A stretch of 41,631 nucleotides of DNA from an uncultured Clostridia bacterium. Its GTDB lineage: Bacteria; Bacillota; Clostridia; Christensenellales; UBA1242. The translations under genes were made by a program, and so were the position numbers. The stretch lies in assembly GCA_944372465.1 (NCBI GenBank), contig CALVZG010000053.1, positions 1 to 41,631 on the forward strand, in the 5' to 3' direction. The notes beneath the pieces are model-generated. The model saw only the letters and a program-made list of their open reading frames with translations. It made no database searches and had not been told where the DNA came from. This document shows, one piece after another, positions 16,930 to 25,351 of the stretch. The stretch's first letter is position 1. Every line of letters starts with the position of its first letter.

Positions 16930-18228
16930 TTACTTATTATTTAATTCTTTAATAATTTTTTCTAAAGATTGAGCAGATTTTAAGGCTTTATTTTTGTTTG
17001 TATGTTCAACCATTATACGAACTTTGTTTTCTGTTCCACTTGCTCTTACAAGAACACGACCTTCATTTTTAAAACTTTGTTGTAATGACAAAATTTCTTT
17101 AGTTAATTTATCAGAATTTAAAATTCTAAATTTATCAATAACCTCAACATTAATGCTAATTTGCGGGAATTTTTTATATCCGACAAGTTTAGACATTGAT
17201 TTAGAGGTTTTTTTAAGGATATTAGCAATAAGTAAGCCTGTTAATATTCCATCACCGGTCGTGCTATGAGATTTAACTATGATATGTCCAGAAGGTTCTC
17301 CGCCAAGCAAAATATTTTTATTTTTCATAATTTCTATAACATATTTATCTCCAACATCAGCCCTGATTAATTCTATATTTTTTTTATTAAGAGCATTTTC
17401 AAAACCTTTATTAGATAAAGTAGTTCCAACTATATATTTGCAATCTTTATAAAAACTAGCAAGAATATAAAGAATGTCATCACCATCAATAAGCCTGCCA
17501 TTTTCATCACAAGCAATAATTCTATCGGCATCTCCATCGAACGACAATCCTAAATTAGCCTTTTCTTTTATAACAACATTTGCCATATTTTGAGGATAAA
17601 GAGCCCCACAATTTTCGTTAATATTTAAACCATTAGCATTATTATTTATAATAATTGTTTCAGCATTAAGATTATTAAAAATTTCTTTGGCAATTTTGCT
17701 TGATGCACCATTTCCGCAATCAATAACAATCTTCAATCCGCAAAGATTATCAATGTTCGCCACAATATTATTTATGTAATGTTTAATTAAATTAGGACGA
17801 AATTTATATCTTCCAACATTATAAAAAGGCACACTTGCAGGAAGCATAAATTTTCTTTCAATACTGTTTTCAAGTTCTTCAGGTATTTTGTATCCCTCAT
17901 TATCAAAAATTTTTATTCCATTATAAAGGGGAGGGTTATGACTAGCACTTACCATTACCCCAAAATCACATTTTAATTTTTTAGTAAGGAAAGCAACAGC
18001 AGGAGTTGTAACCATACCTACATCAATTACATCAACTCCATTTTGCATAAGCCCATTAGCAATAGATAAAGAAAGTATATCTCCAGTAACTCTCGGGTCT
18101 TTACCAATGAGAACTTTTTTGATTTTACAAAATCTACTTAAACTATTTCCACATTTGAAAGCGATACTAGGCGTTAATTCTTCGCTGTATATACCTCGCA
18201 ATCCATCTGTACCAAAATAAATACCCAT
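16930..18228 (-). CDS. glmM: Phosphoglucosamine mutase
   Basis: The phosphoserine loop SASHNP and the metal loop FDGDADR are present. 432 aa, RBS AAGGAG. Confidence 0.93.
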   Translation of the reverse strand: MGIYFGTDGLRGIYSEELTPSIAFKCGNSLSRFCKIKKVLIGKDPRVTGDILSLSIANGLMQNGVDVIDVGMVTTPAVAFLTKKLKCDFGVMVSASHNPPLYNGIKIFDNEGYKIPEELENSIERKFMLPASVPFYNVGRYKFRPNLIKHYINNIVANIDNLCGLKIVIDCGNGASSKIAKEIFNNLNAETIIINNNANGLNINENCGALYPQNMANVVIKEKANLGLSFDGDADRIIACDENGRLIDGDDILYILASFYKDCKYIVGTTLSNKGFENALNKKNIELIRADVGDKYVIEIMKNKNILLGGEPSGHIIVKSHSTTGDGILTGLLIANILKKTSKSMSKLVGYKKFPQISINVEVIDKFRILNSDKLTKEILSLQQSFKNEGRVLVRASGTENKVRIMVEHTNKNKALKSAQSLEKIIKELNNK

Positions 18229-18368
18229 AAATAAACTCCTTTAATAAAATAAATTAAATTAAATTAAAAAAATTGAAATCTAATTAATAAGATAAACAAA
18301 AATTGAAATTTTTTAATATACAAAAAAATCAAAAATAAATATTAATAAAATAACAAATTTTTTCATTT

Positions 18369-18980
18369 TTACCAATATTTATTTGCTCTATTTGCTTTGT
18401 TTTCTTGACGAACTCTGCCTATCACAAAGTCGTCTTTCTTAACATTATTAGTTACTGTAGTCCCTGCACAAATATAACAGTCGTCATCAATGTTAACAGG
18501 GGCAATTATATTACAATTAGAGCCAATAAAAATATGGTTACCAAGAGAACATCTATTTTTTTCTTTTCCATTATAATTAGCAAAAATTACTCCACAACCA
18601 ATATTGCATTCATTTCCAATATCACAATCTCCAACATAAGCAAGATGACTTATTTTATTCTTTTTGCCTATATTCGAATTTTTTATTTCAACAAAATTTC
18701 CTATTTTACATTCGTCATCTACAAAACAATTAGGTCTAATTCTTGCAAAAGGACCAATAGAAACATTGTTACAAATTTCACTATTTTCAAGTGTACTAGA
18801 ATGTATCATGCAGTTTTTACCAATAAAACAATCTTTGATATAATTATTAGGATATAAAATAGTTCCATCTCCAATAAAACATTTGCCTTCAATATAATTA
18901 TTTTGGTAAATTATAACATTTTTACCAATTTTAACTCTTTTGTCGATAAAACAACTTTTTTTATTTATAAATTTAGCCAT
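18369..18980 (-). CDS. glmU: Stand-alone left-handed beta-helix acetyltransferase matching the GlmU C-terminal (GlcN-1-P N-acetyltransferase) domain
   Basis: 203 aa. GPFARIRPN, GNFVEIKNS, ISHLAYVGDCDIG, FANYNGKEKNRCSLGNHIFIGSNCNIIAPV and AGTTVT align with the GlmU acetyltransferase half. No uridyltransferase half is encoded upstream. Confidence 0.8.
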   Translation of the reverse strand: MAKFINKKSCFIDKRVKIGKNVIIYQNNYIEGKCFIGDGTILYPNNYIKDCFIGKNCMIHSSTLENSEICNNVSIGPFARIRPNCFVDDECKIGNFVEIKNSNIGKKNKISHLAYVGDCDIGNECNIGCGVIFANYNGKEKNRCSLGNHIFIGSNCNIIAPVNIDDDCYICAGTTVTNNVKKDDFVIGRVRQENKANRANKYW

Positions 18981-19081
18981 TAAAACTCCTAAATACTTTT
19001 AGATAATATTTTTTATGATATAAATGTAAATAAGTTTCAAAGTAAAAAAACATCTTTAAGACAAAAAACATAGAATTAATT

Positions 19082-19116
19082 AAGGACGCAGTGCTAGCGA
19101 CCTTGTAATATTTTTT
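19082..19116 (+). promoter_or_regulatory. GC-rich hairpin plus T-run in the short glmS 5' region
   Basis: AAGGACGC (19082-19089) pairs with GCGACCTT (19097-19104), followed by GTAATATTTTTT, about 18 nt before the glmS start. Confidence 0.35.
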
Positions 19117-19133
19117 GCATTTTGGAGGTTAAA

Positions 19134-20894
19134 GTGTGCGGAATAATAGGCTATATAGGAATAAAGCCAGAAGAAATATTATATCAGGGGTTAGAAAGAC
19201 TAGAATATAGAGGATATGATTCTTCAGGAATGACAATACAAAGAGATAATGATTTTGTTACATATAAATCAATAGGAGATGTAAAGAAAATAAAAAATCA
19301 AATTGTTTTTAAAGATGAATTTGGTATAGGTATAGCACATACTCGTTGGGCAACACATGGAAAAATAAATATTAATAATTGTCATCCTCATTTTTCATCT
19401 AATGGGAATATAGCATTAGTGCATAATGGAATTATAGAAAATTATGAAGAATTAAAAGAACAGTTAATTAAAAAAGGTAAAAAATTTGAAGGTGAAACAG
19501 ATAGCGAAGTAATAGCAAAACTGTTTGAGAATAAACTTGATATAAACGATATAAGAAGAGTAAAAAAGAAAATTAAAGGTTCATATGCACTTGCAATTAT
19601 ATCAAAAACAAGTAATTGTATATATTTTGCCAAAAATAAAAGTCCTCTTTATATAGGCATAGGCGAAAATTTGGCAATTATAGCAAGCGACCCGACTTGT
19701 TTTGTAGGCTATACCGATAATTATATCACTTTAGATGATAATCAATATGGAAGGTTTTCGCAGAAAGAAATAGTAATTTATGATAAAGATGATAAAATTG
19801 TTAGTATAAAGCCAACTAAATTAGATTTTAAATACTTGTATGAAGATAGGGCAGGTTATGAACATTATATGATAAAAGAAATTTATCAAAGTAGGTTAGT
19901 TTTAGAAAATATAATTGAAAAATACAGGACATTTGAAATTAAAGAAAAGTTAAAACAAATTAAATCATTTGAATTTGATAGAATTTATTTGATAGGTTGT
20001 GGGACTGCATATCATGCAGGATTGATTGGCCAACATTATATGCGTGAAGAATTTAATATTGATATTTTCAGTGAAATAGCAAGTGAAGTAAAATATAAAA
20101 ACTTAAATATTGATGAAAAAAGTCTATGTATTTTTATATCTCAAAGCGGAGAAACAGCAGATACATTATCAGCATTAGAATATTGCAGAGAAAAAGGTGG
20201 CAAAATCATTTCAATTACAAACGCAGAACATAGCAGCATTTCAAGACATGCAGATATCAACTTGCCAATATATGCAGGGCAAGAAAAAGCCGTAGCATCA
20301 ACCAAAGCATATTTTGCCCAGTGCATTGTTTTGTATATATTGACCTGCTTTCTTAAAGGTAAAGACTATATAACTCCACTATATTATTTTAAAAGGCAAA
20401 TAGATTTTGGAGATGATAATGAAATAAAACTCTTATCTGAATATTTATCTAAATATGATAAAGTATTTTTTATAGGAAGAGGAGTTGATTATATATCAGC
20501 ACTTGAGGCGTCATTAAAATTAAAAGAAATTACTTATATATTTTCTACAGCACAGCCAAGTGGAGAATTAAAACATGGTATTATAGCATTGATTGATGAA
20601 AATATACCTGTGATAGTAATTGCAACAGATGAAGAACTTTTTTCAAAGACATTAAATAATTCATATGAAATTAAGGCTAGAGGAGGAAAATTAATATTAT
20701 TTACATCTTTAAATATTGATAACGAAATAAAAGAAAATTTTAGTTATATTATAAAAATCAACAAAACACAAAAAGAATTTATGCCTTTACAAGTTATTCT
20801 TCAACTTCAAAAATTAGCATATTTTACAGCAAAAGACAGGGGTAATGACCCAGATATGCCTCGAAATCTTGCAAAAAGCGTAACTGTAGAATAA
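19134..20894 (+). CDS. glmS: Glutamine--fructose-6-phosphate aminotransferase
   Basis: A GTG start gives the obligatory Met-Cys N-terminus (CGIIGY) 6 nt after GGAGG. Two SIS domains are present and the C-terminus reads KSVTVE. Confidence 0.95.
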   Translation: MCGIIGYIGIKPEEILYQGLERLEYRGYDSSGMTIQRDNDFVTYKSIGDVKKIKNQIVFKDEFGIGIAHTRWATHGKININNCHPHFSSNGNIALVHNGIIENYEELKEQLIKKGKKFEGETDSEVIAKLFENKLDINDIRRVKKKIKGSYALAIISKTSNCIYFAKNKSPLYIGIGENLAIIASDPTCFVGYTDNYITLDDNQYGRFSQKEIVIYDKDDKIVSIKPTKLDFKYLYEDRAGYEHYMIKEIYQSRLVLENIIEKYRTFEIKEKLKQIKSFEFDRIYLIGCGTAYHAGLIGQHYMREEFNIDIFSEIASEVKYKNLNIDEKSLCIFISQSGETADTLSALEYCREKGGKIISITNAEHSSISRHADINLPIYAGQEKAVASTKAYFAQCIVLYILTCFLKGKDYITPLYYFKRQIDFGDDNEIKLLSEYLSKYDKVFFIGRGVDYISALEASLKLKEITYIFSTAQPSGELKHGIIALIDENIPVIVIATDEELFSKTLNNSYEIKARGGKLILFTSLNIDNEIKENFSYIIKINKTQKEFMPLQVILQLQKLAYFTAKDRGNDPDMPRNLAKSVTVE

Positions 20895-20985
20895 ATTGTT
20901 AAAATTAAAAAAGTTTAAAATAGATAAAAATATTGAAAATGAATATTTAATTATAAATTTTTATTGTAAAATCAATATAAAATAT

Positions 20986-21014
20986 TTGTAAAAATTTTTT
21001 AAGTGTGGTAAAAT
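20986..21014 (+). promoter_or_regulatory. Promoter of the tRNA-Gly/tRNA-Pro pair
   Basis: TTGTAA, a 17-nt spacer, then TAAAAT with an extended -10 (TGGTAAAAT). The -10 block is the same as at the SRP RNA promoter. Confidence 0.55.
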
Positions 21015-21048
21015 CTAATTTAGACAAATAAAGTTTAAGTTAGATTAT

Positions 21049-21122
21049 GCAGGTATAATTTAGTGGTAAAATGTGTGCTTCCCAAGCACAATTCGCGGGT
21101 TCGATTCCCGCTACCTGCTCCA
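21049..21122 (+). tRNA. tRNA-Gly (anticodon CCC)
   Basis: I folded the cloverleaf by hand. Acceptor GCAGGTA/TACCTGC, anticodon stem TGTGC/GCACA, loop TTCCCAA, T-arm GCGGG TTCGATT CCCGC, discriminator U and an encoded CCA. Confidence 0.9.
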
Positions 21123-21141
21123 GATGATTTAACAAAAAATT

Positions 21142-21217
21142 CGAGATGTGGCGCAGTTGGTAGCGCGTACGGTTCGGGACCGTGAGGTCGTGAGTTCGAA
21201 TCTCGCCATCTCGACCA
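21142..21217 (+). tRNA. tRNA-Pro (anticodon CGG)
   Basis: Acceptor CGAGATG/CATCTCG with the C1:G72 pair typical of bacterial tRNA-Pro. Anticodon loop TTCGGGA, T-loop TTCGAAT, discriminator A and an encoded CCA. Confidence 0.9.
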
Positions 21218-21382
21218 TGTATAAAACAAAACAAATAAGAATAAATGAATAGTCTATATGTTTAATTAATTACGATATGTAGATTAATAATAAGAATAAA
21301 AAAATTAAAAAAATTAAAAAAAAAGACAAAAAATGAATGTTAAATATTTATGTATGTAGTAAAATAGTTTTAGGAGGGAGAT

Positions 21383-21607
21383 ATGGCAAAATTAGGAAAA
21401 GATTATTTTGGATTAGGCAGAGTAATAAGCATAATCCTTGCAATTATCCCTGTTACTGCATGGATTCTTGGAATAATAACAAGAATTTCTGAAGGCAAAA
21501 TTGTAGCAGGTATTTTGCGTATATTTTTAGGATTTTGGATTATATGGCTTGTTGACCTTATCTTAATGATATTAAATGGCCGAATAATGAGATTATTAAA
21601 CATTTAA
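21383..21607 (+). CDS. Small integral membrane protein (74 aa, 2-3 TM segments)
   Basis: A strong RBS AGGAGGGAG is followed by hydrophobic segments, then a terminator. Confidence 0.6.
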   Translation: MAKLGKDYFGLGRVISIILAIIPVTAWILGIITRISEGKIVAGILRIFLGFWIIWLVDLILMILNGRIMRLLNI

Positions 21608-21615
21608 TAAAAAAG

Positions 21616-21639
21616 ATGTCCTTAATAGGACATTTTTTA
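21616..21639 (+). terminator. Intrinsic terminator
   Basis: ATGTCC...GGACAT hairpin followed by TTTTTT. Confidence 0.7.
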
Positions 21640-21776
21640 TTTTCGTAAAAAAATATCATTAAATGTTTGACTTAATTTTAAAAATGTTTATAATATAGAG
21701 GTAATTATGCCTCGTTTTTTAATCAGATTATTGAAATAAAATAAAAAGTATGATATACTAAATGTGTGAGGAAGAA

Positions 21777-22010
21777 ATGAAAAGTTTATTATGTAATTGG
21801 TTTGATGATTGGGGCAGAACAATACATGATGGATTAGGTTCGACATGGATTACAATATTAATTGTAGTTTTTGCCGCAATATCGCTTTATTTATTGCAGG
21901 ATATCCTAAAAGCATCAATAAACAAAACAAAATTTAAAATTAAATGGTTTGAGATTTTTTTATTGATTATATTTGTTTTGTTTACTATTTGGTTTTGCAC
22001 AATTTTATAA
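21777..22010 (+). CDS. Small membrane protein (77 aa from ATG 21777)
   Basis: RBS GAGGAAG precedes ATG 21777. Two hydrophobic helices are present. No family was recognised. Confidence 0.5.
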   Translation: MKSLLCNWFDDWGRTIHDGLGSTWITILIVVFAAISLYLLQDILKASINKTKFKIKWFEIFLLIIFVLFTIWFCTIL

Positions 22011-22033
22011 AAATTATAGATAAGGAGTAAAAT

Positions 22034-22354
22034 ATGTTTAATGTTTCAATGTTACTAGATGACGCACTTGTAAGTGATTTTTGGGCAAGTTTTTTGCCAA
22101 TATTTAGATATGTAATGTTTGGTATAATTATTGCTTGTGCAATAGTAATGATAATCACAACACTTATGCAAGCAAATGACTCATCAAAAAGTCTAGATGC
22201 TTTTACTGGAGCAAGCCAAGAGAGTTATTATTCACAAAATAAAGGTGCTTCAAGAGATAGCATATTAAAGAGAATTACAATAGCAATGGGAATAATAATC
22301 TTTATTTGCATAATACTTTTCTTTGTAAGTGAAATTTTTATAGGTGTTAAATAA
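22034..22354 (+). CDS. secG: Preprotein translocase subunit SecG (probable)
   Basis: Two TM helices flank a polar Gly/Ser loop (LMQANDSSKSLDAFTGASQESYY). The position directly upstream of rnr-smpB-ssrA matches conserved Firmicute synteny. RBS AAGGAG. Confidence 0.7.
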   Translation: MFNVSMLLDDALVSDFWASFLPIFRYVMFGIIIACAIVMIITTLMQANDSSKSLDAFTGASQESYYSQNKGASRDSILKRITIAMGIIIFICIILFFVSEIFIGVK

Positions 22355-24451
22355 ATGCAGACAAAAAAAATTATTATAGACTTATTAGAAAAAGATAGTT
22401 TGGCGTACAAAAAGCTGAACAATCTTTTTTGTTTTATATCAGATACTTATAAAATTAATATTGAAGAAATAAAAAAAACATTTAATAATTTAATCAAAGA
22501 TGGTCAAATATTTGAAGAGCGAAAAGGGAAATATATAGTAGTTCCTTCAGAAAATTATGTAAAAGGAACTTTTATAGGAAATGCGAAAGGCTTTGGTTTT
22601 TGTCAAATAGATAATTCAGATAAAGAAGACATATTTATTCCTGCAAATATGCAAAAAGGTGCAATAGATGGAGATAAAATAATAGTAAAAATATTATCAA
22701 AAAATGGCGATGAATGTGATGGTGAAGTTGTAAAAATTTATAAACCTATAAATTTAATAACAGGAATAGTAGAGAAAAAAGGTTCAAATTATTTTGTAGA
22801 GCCTGATAACACACGCATACCTTTTAAAGTTTTATTGATAAAAGGTGGGTTAAAAGTTGAAGCAGAAGATAGAGCAGTTATTTCTCTTACAAGACATAAT
22901 GAGAAAATAACGGGAATAGTCAAAGAAATATTAGGCAAGAGAGATGATGTAAAGGCTTGTGAACTTGCAATAATACGCGACCATCAACTATATGAAACAT
23001 TTCCAGAAGATGTCTTAAAAGAAGCACAAAATATAAATCAACATATTACTGCAGAGCAGAAAGTGGGTAGACTTGATTTGACTGACAAGGTAATATTTAC
23101 AATAGATGGAGAAGATGCCAAAGATTTAGATGATGCCGTATCAATGGAGAAGATAGAAGATGGCTATATTTTAGGCGTCCATATTGCAGATGTAGGTGAA
23201 TATGTTAAATATGACAGTCTTTTAGATGGAGAGGCTTTTAATAGAGGCACTAGTGTTTACTTTCCAACTTCAGTATTGCCAATGTTGCCAAAAGAATTAT
23301 CTAATGGGATATGCTCTCTCAATGAAAATGAAGAAAGACTAACTTTATCTTGCATAATGACTTTAGATGAAGATGGAAATGTAAAAAAACATGAAATATG
23401 TGAAAGTGTAATAAAAAGTTGTGCAAGATTAAATTATACAAATGTGTATAAAGTTTTGTGTGGTGAACAGGCCGATGAGAAAACAGAAAGTGTAAAAGAT
23501 GAACTTCTTTTAATGTATAAAATTTCAAAAAAAATTCAAGAGAAAAAAATTCAAGATGGTTCACTTGATTTTGAAATTCCAGAAGTTCAATTTACATTTG
23601 ATGAAAAAGGAATGGTAAATGGATTTGAAAAACGAGAGCGAAATGATGCACATAGATTAATAGAAGATTTTATGGTTTTAGCAAATCAAACTGTAGCAAA
23701 GGAATATTGTGATAAAGAAATACCATTTTTATATCGTGTACATGAAAGTCCAAGAAAAGAAAAGGTTATAAATGTTTGTGAATATCTAAAAGGTTTGGGG
23801 ATAAAAGTACCACAAATACCACAAAATATTACTCCAGATTATTATCAAGATTTAATTAAATTATGTAGTGGTCAATCATACACTGAAACTGTAAACAAAG
23901 TTATTTTAAGGTCTATGCAAAAAGCAAGATATACAAATCAATGTTTAGGACACTTTGGTCTAGCACTTAAGTACTATTGCCATTTTACTTCTCCTATAAG
24001 GCGTTATCCTGACCTTACTATTCATAGAATAATTAAAGAAGTGCTTCATAAAGGAAATTTAAGTGAAACAAGAAAAGAAGAACTTGATAATTTTACTTTT
24101 GAAGCAGGAGAGCAATCAAGCCTTACAGAGAAGAATGCTGATAAATGTGAAAGAGAAGTTGATGATTTGTGGAAAGCCTATTTCATGCGTGATAAAATAG
24201 GCGAAGAATTTGAAGGGGTAATTTCTTCGGTTACAAATTTTGGAGTTTTTGTTGAATTACCAAATACTGTAGAAGGTTTGATAAAAGTAGAAGATTTGCC
24301 CGATCAAGGTTTCTTATTATTTGAAAAGCAATTAAAATTAAAAGGGCAAAAAATGTCTTTTTCTGTAGGAGATAAGATTAAAGTAAAGTTAGTTGCTTCA
24401 AATATATTTACTAGAAAGATAGATTTTGAATTTGTAAGTTTCATTAAATAG
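22355..24451 (+). CDS. rnr: Ribonuclease R
   Basis: The RNB catalytic region (DGEDAKDLDDAVS, HFGLALKYYCHFTSPIRRYPDL) and a C-terminal S1 domain (GVISSVTNFGVFVEL) are present. Confidence 0.95.
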   Translation: MQTKKIIIDLLEKDSLAYKKLNNLFCFISDTYKINIEEIKKTFNNLIKDGQIFEERKGKYIVVPSENYVKGTFIGNAKGFGFCQIDNSDKEDIFIPANMQKGAIDGDKIIVKILSKNGDECDGEVVKIYKPINLITGIVEKKGSNYFVEPDNTRIPFKVLLIKGGLKVEAEDRAVISLTRHNEKITGIVKEILGKRDDVKACELAIIRDHQLYETFPEDVLKEAQNINQHITAEQKVGRLDLTDKVIFTIDGEDAKDLDDAVSMEKIEDGYILGVHIADVGEYVKYDSLLDGEAFNRGTSVYFPTSVLPMLPKELSNGICSLNENEERLTLSCIMTLDEDGNVKKHEICESVIKSCARLNYTNVYKVLCGEQADEKTESVKDELLLMYKISKKIQEKKIQDGSLDFEIPEVQFTFDEKGMVNGFEKRERNDAHRLIEDFMVLANQTVAKEYCDKEIPFLYRVHESPRKEKVINVCEYLKGLGIKVPQIPQNITPDYYQDLIKLCSGQSYTETVNKVILRSMQKARYTNQCLGHFGLALKYYCHFTSPIRRYPDLTIHRIIKEVLHKGNLSETRKEELDNFTFEAGEQSSLTEKNADKCEREVDDLWKAYFMRDKIGEEFEGVISSVTNFGVFVELPNTVEGLIKVEDLPDQGFLLFEKQLKLKGQKMSFSVGDKIKVKLVASNIFTRKIDFEFVSFIK

Positions 24452-24480
24452 ATTTAAAATATTAGAAAAAATGATTTTAT

Positions 24481-24572
24481 GCACGGAAGAAATTTTGAAA
24501 GGTTCTTTCAAAATTTAAGGGGTTGTTATGACAACCCCTTTTTTCGTTTACAAACGAAAATTCCGTGCTTTT
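24481..24572 (+). other. Cloverleaf-like nested element (8-bp outer stem, three hairpins) containing the rnr terminator
   Basis: The outer stem is GCACGGAA (24481-24488) / TTCCGTGC (24561-24568). H1 is a 12-bp perfect stem at 24490-24516. H2 is AAGGGGTTGT/ACAACCCCTT at 24517-24540 followed by TTTT. H3 is TCGT/ACGA at 24544-24557. TTTT follows the outer stem. Confidence 0.65.
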
Positions 24573-24857
24573 ATTAAAGTTCAAACTTCATTCTTCGAAA
24601 AAGATATTTTTTCAAAAGACATTTTCGCTTTGTTAAAATAAAAAGGGGGAAATAAGTCTAATTAATTTACAAAAATATTATGCACAATTATTAAAAATGT
24701 ATATAATAAATATATAATGCTTTAATTAAAAAGACTGTATAAAGTAAAAAATTGTGATAAAATGTAAAAATAAATAGAAAAATCATAAATTTTAAGGCTT
24801 TTTTATCAAAAAAACATAAAAAAATTGATATTTTAACAACTTTTTTTAATTAGGGTA

Positions 24858-24886
24858 TTGAAAAACAACAAAATCAGTGATATAAT
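24858..24886 (+). promoter_or_regulatory. Consensus-like promoter abutting the smpB RBS
   Basis: TTGAAA (24858-24863), a 17-nt spacer, then TATAAT (24881-24886). AGGAGG and the ATG at 24897 follow immediately. Confidence 0.5.
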
Positions 24887-24896
24887 AGGAGGCGAG

Positions 24897-25340
24897 ATGA
24901 AGATACTAACAAATAATAAAAAAGTTTATCATAATTTCTTCGTTTCAAACTTACTTGAAGCTGGTATAGAGTTAAAGGGTGGCGAGATTAAATCAGTAGC
25001 AAGCGGGAAAATAAGCTTAAGCGATAGTTATGTTATTGTAAAAGATGGCGAGGCTTATTTAAAAAATTGTTATATTGCACCTACTGAAAGTTCAAGCCAA
25101 TCTGATAGCGAAACTAAGCGAACAAGAAAGTTGCTCTTACATAAAGAGGAAATCGAATGGCTTAGAAAAAAGACTTTAGAAAAAGGTTATTCAATAGTTG
25201 CCACAAAGGTATATATGAATAAGGGTAAAGTCAAAGTCGAAATAGGTCTTGCAAAAGGGAAGAAACTTTATGATAAGAGAGAGGTTCTTAAGGAAAAGGC
25301 AATTCGTAGGGACCTTGACCGAGTGCTAAAAAACCACTAA
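24897..25340 (+). CDS. smpB: SsrA-binding protein SmpB
   Basis: NKKVYHNFFV...GIELKGGEIKS...KLLLHKEEI fits the SmpB pattern, and the gene sits directly upstream of tmRNA. ATG 24897 follows AGGAGG, so I prefer it to the TTG at 24858. Confidence 0.93.
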   Translation: MKILTNNKKVYHNFFVSNLLEAGIELKGGEIKSVASGKISLSDSYVIVKDGEAYLKNCYIAPTESSSQSDSETKRTRKLLLHKEEIEWLRKKTLEKGYSIVATKVYMNKGKVKVEIGLAKGKKLYDKREVLKEKAIRRDLDRVLKNH

Positions 25341-25351
25341 CCCATTAAATT

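Noticed and set aside
18266-18310. The direct repeat AAAAATTGAAAT occurs twice, ~31 bp apart, between the glmU-like gene and glmM. A third similar copy lies near 16848. I considered it as a possible operator.
   Set aside because: It is a 12-mer made only of A/T plus one G, in a >85% A/T spacer. Chance recurrence is plausible and no palindromic symmetry or known binding motif is evident.
18405-18857. A 150-aa plus-strand ORF antisense to the GlmU-like gene. Similar antisense ORFs occur at 29604-29930, 32304-32665, 13288-13749, 4450-5969 and 39664-39990.
   Set aside because: Each lies entirely inside a well-supported gene on the opposite strand. They have low-complexity or odd composition and lack an RBS, which is typical of shadow ORFs in A/T-rich DNA.
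18981-19133. The expected glmS ribozyme upstream of glmS.
   Set aside because: The interval is too short and I could not find the conserved core sequences. Only a small hairpin is present, and it is reported separately as a finding.
21035-21234. Two 64-aa minus-strand ORFs.
   Set aside because: They are antisense to the tRNA-Gly and tRNA-Pro genes and are artefacts of the GC-rich tRNA sequence.
21260-21303. A ~45-nt stretch downstream of tRNA-Pro that resembles an internal tmRNA segment (25622-25668). The shared blocks are TTAATTAATT, TATGTAGA and TTAATAAT. It could hint at an att-like duplication.
   Set aside because: The shared blocks are short, A/T-only and interrupted by indels. No integrase or island content lies between or next to them. 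I cannot separate this from chance similarity without a statistical alignment.
21707-21739. A 10-codon mini-ORF (MPRFLIRLLK) downstream of a TTGACT-16-TATAAT promoter, as a possible leader peptide for the membrane-protein/secG/rnr genes.
   Set aside because: The predicted transcription start would fall within or after its putative RBS. No attenuator structure follows, and such short ORFs are expected by chance.
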